DNA from: an uncultured delta proteobacterium
Lineage (GTDB): Bacteria; Desulfobacterota; Binatia; UBA9968
NCBI GenBank assembly: GCA_963745035.1
Contig: CAVUVW010000013.1
Span: forward strand, 288,001 to 352,000
Direction: 5' to 3'
DNA length: 64,000 bases
Shown here: piece by piece, positions 63,486 through 64,000 of the stretch
How the letters are laid out: each line of letters begins with the position of its first letter
How positions within the stretch are numbered: position 1 is the first letter of the stretch
Made by a program: the position numbers and the translations under genes
Notes under the pieces: model-generated
Database searches by the model: none
Seen by the model: only the letters and a program-made list of their open reading frames with translations
Told to the model about the DNA's origin: nothing

Positions 63486-63518
63486 TCGCGATCCTCGATC
63501 CTCCATCCTCGATCTTCA
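63486..63518. repeat. heptamer tandem repeat (GATCCTC-like units) downstream of rpe
   Basis: CGC GATCCTC GATCCTC CATCCTC GATCTTC; same unit family as at 17608 and 19472. Confidence 0.7.
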
Positions 63519-63559
63519 AACTATTGTGTTCTCTTTTCGGTGTGCTAGTTTATCCCGAT

Positions 63560-63636
63560 CGGGGCGTGGCTCAGCTTGGTAGAGCGCACGGTTCGGGACC
63601 GTGAAGTCGGTGGTTCAAATCCACTCGCCCCGACCA
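63560..63636 (+). tRNA. tRNA-Pro (anticodon CGG)
   Basis: CGGGGCG acceptor pairing with CGCCCCG-ACCA, D arm GCTCAGCTTGGTAGAGC, anticodon arm CACGG-TTCGGGA-CCGTG, T arm GGTGG-TTCAAAT-CCACT. Confidence 0.96.
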
Positions 63637-63637
63637 T

Positions 63638-63872
63638 TCATTTCCACTTTTCAACGACTTCGTTCACTTCATCGCCGCCACTGTTACTCAGGGTTCCGGT
63701 TTCCCCCTGAAAAACGCGTCTCAACTGTTCTCCCGAATCGCTCTTGATGTACTTCCCATAGTGCTTCTCGATCATCGCCACCGACGTGCCGGTATACTCT
63801 GCGAGCCACTTGATGTTCACACCATGAGATAGAGCCTGGGAAATGAAGTTGGCGTGTGGCATAGAACTTTCA
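63638..63872 (-). pseudogene. tyrosine recombinase/integrase C-terminal remnant next to tRNA-Pro
   Basis: FISQALSHGVNIKWLAEYTGTSVAMIEKHYGKY carries the catalytic Tyr region. Upstream KFYATR(H) is in another frame and is preceded by TGA. Confidence 0.7.
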
Positions 63873-64000
63873 ACCGGCAACACGAACTCGCTCAGATCCG
63901 CGGCGTTGCTGTCGGGGGCGTCGAAGTCTCGCCGCCGCCGCCATCCAGCGCGCGATAGATGAGTACATCGCAGATGAGCTCGGCAGATCGTGGCGGCATT

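Noticed and set aside
1-64000. CRISPR array, rRNA or intact IS element
   Set aside because: No regularly spaced 25-40 bp repeats, rRNA-like sequence or transposase ORF seen.

Overview
GC-rich (roughly 60% by eye) bacterial chromosomal segment. Gene content resembles Ca. Binatia or other deltaproteobacterium-like genomes (inference from orphan NitT/TauT and TctC binding proteins, TcuA, CapA, and HTH-pilMNOPQ-aroCKBQ synteny). Many single-base frameshifts occur, most likely long-read assembly errors. From left to right the window holds: (1) an acyl-CoA dehydrogenase and CoA-transferase; (2) a co-oriented MPG glycosylase, retropepsin protease, PD-(D/E)xK-NDT fusion and HAD nucleotidase block; (3) small accessory genes; (4) a complex I operon nuoACDEFGHJKLMN lacking nuoB and nuoI; (5) CapA, TctC, TcuA, VOC and an RCK-DHH protein; (6) a five-gene putative biosynthetic operon (B12 radical SAM, SDR, FAD oxidoreductase, heme-oxygenase-like diiron enzyme, O-methyltransferase); (7) an envelope block (UPF0182, TVP38/DedA, uppP, ArnT-like); (8) a TonB-ExbB-ExbD module with two DxNGDG beta-hairpin repeat proteins and a secreted VWA protein, but no TonB-dependent receptor; (9) aroQBKC, pilQPONM, priA-def-fmt-rsmB-rpe; (10) tRNA-Pro(CGG) followed by a degraded integrase. 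Intergenic heptamer-repeat hairpins recur. The best candidates for undescribed systems are the radical SAM/diiron operon, the receptor-less TonB/repeat/VWA module and the protease/NDT/HAD block. All protein calls come from motif reading by eye; no database searches were run.
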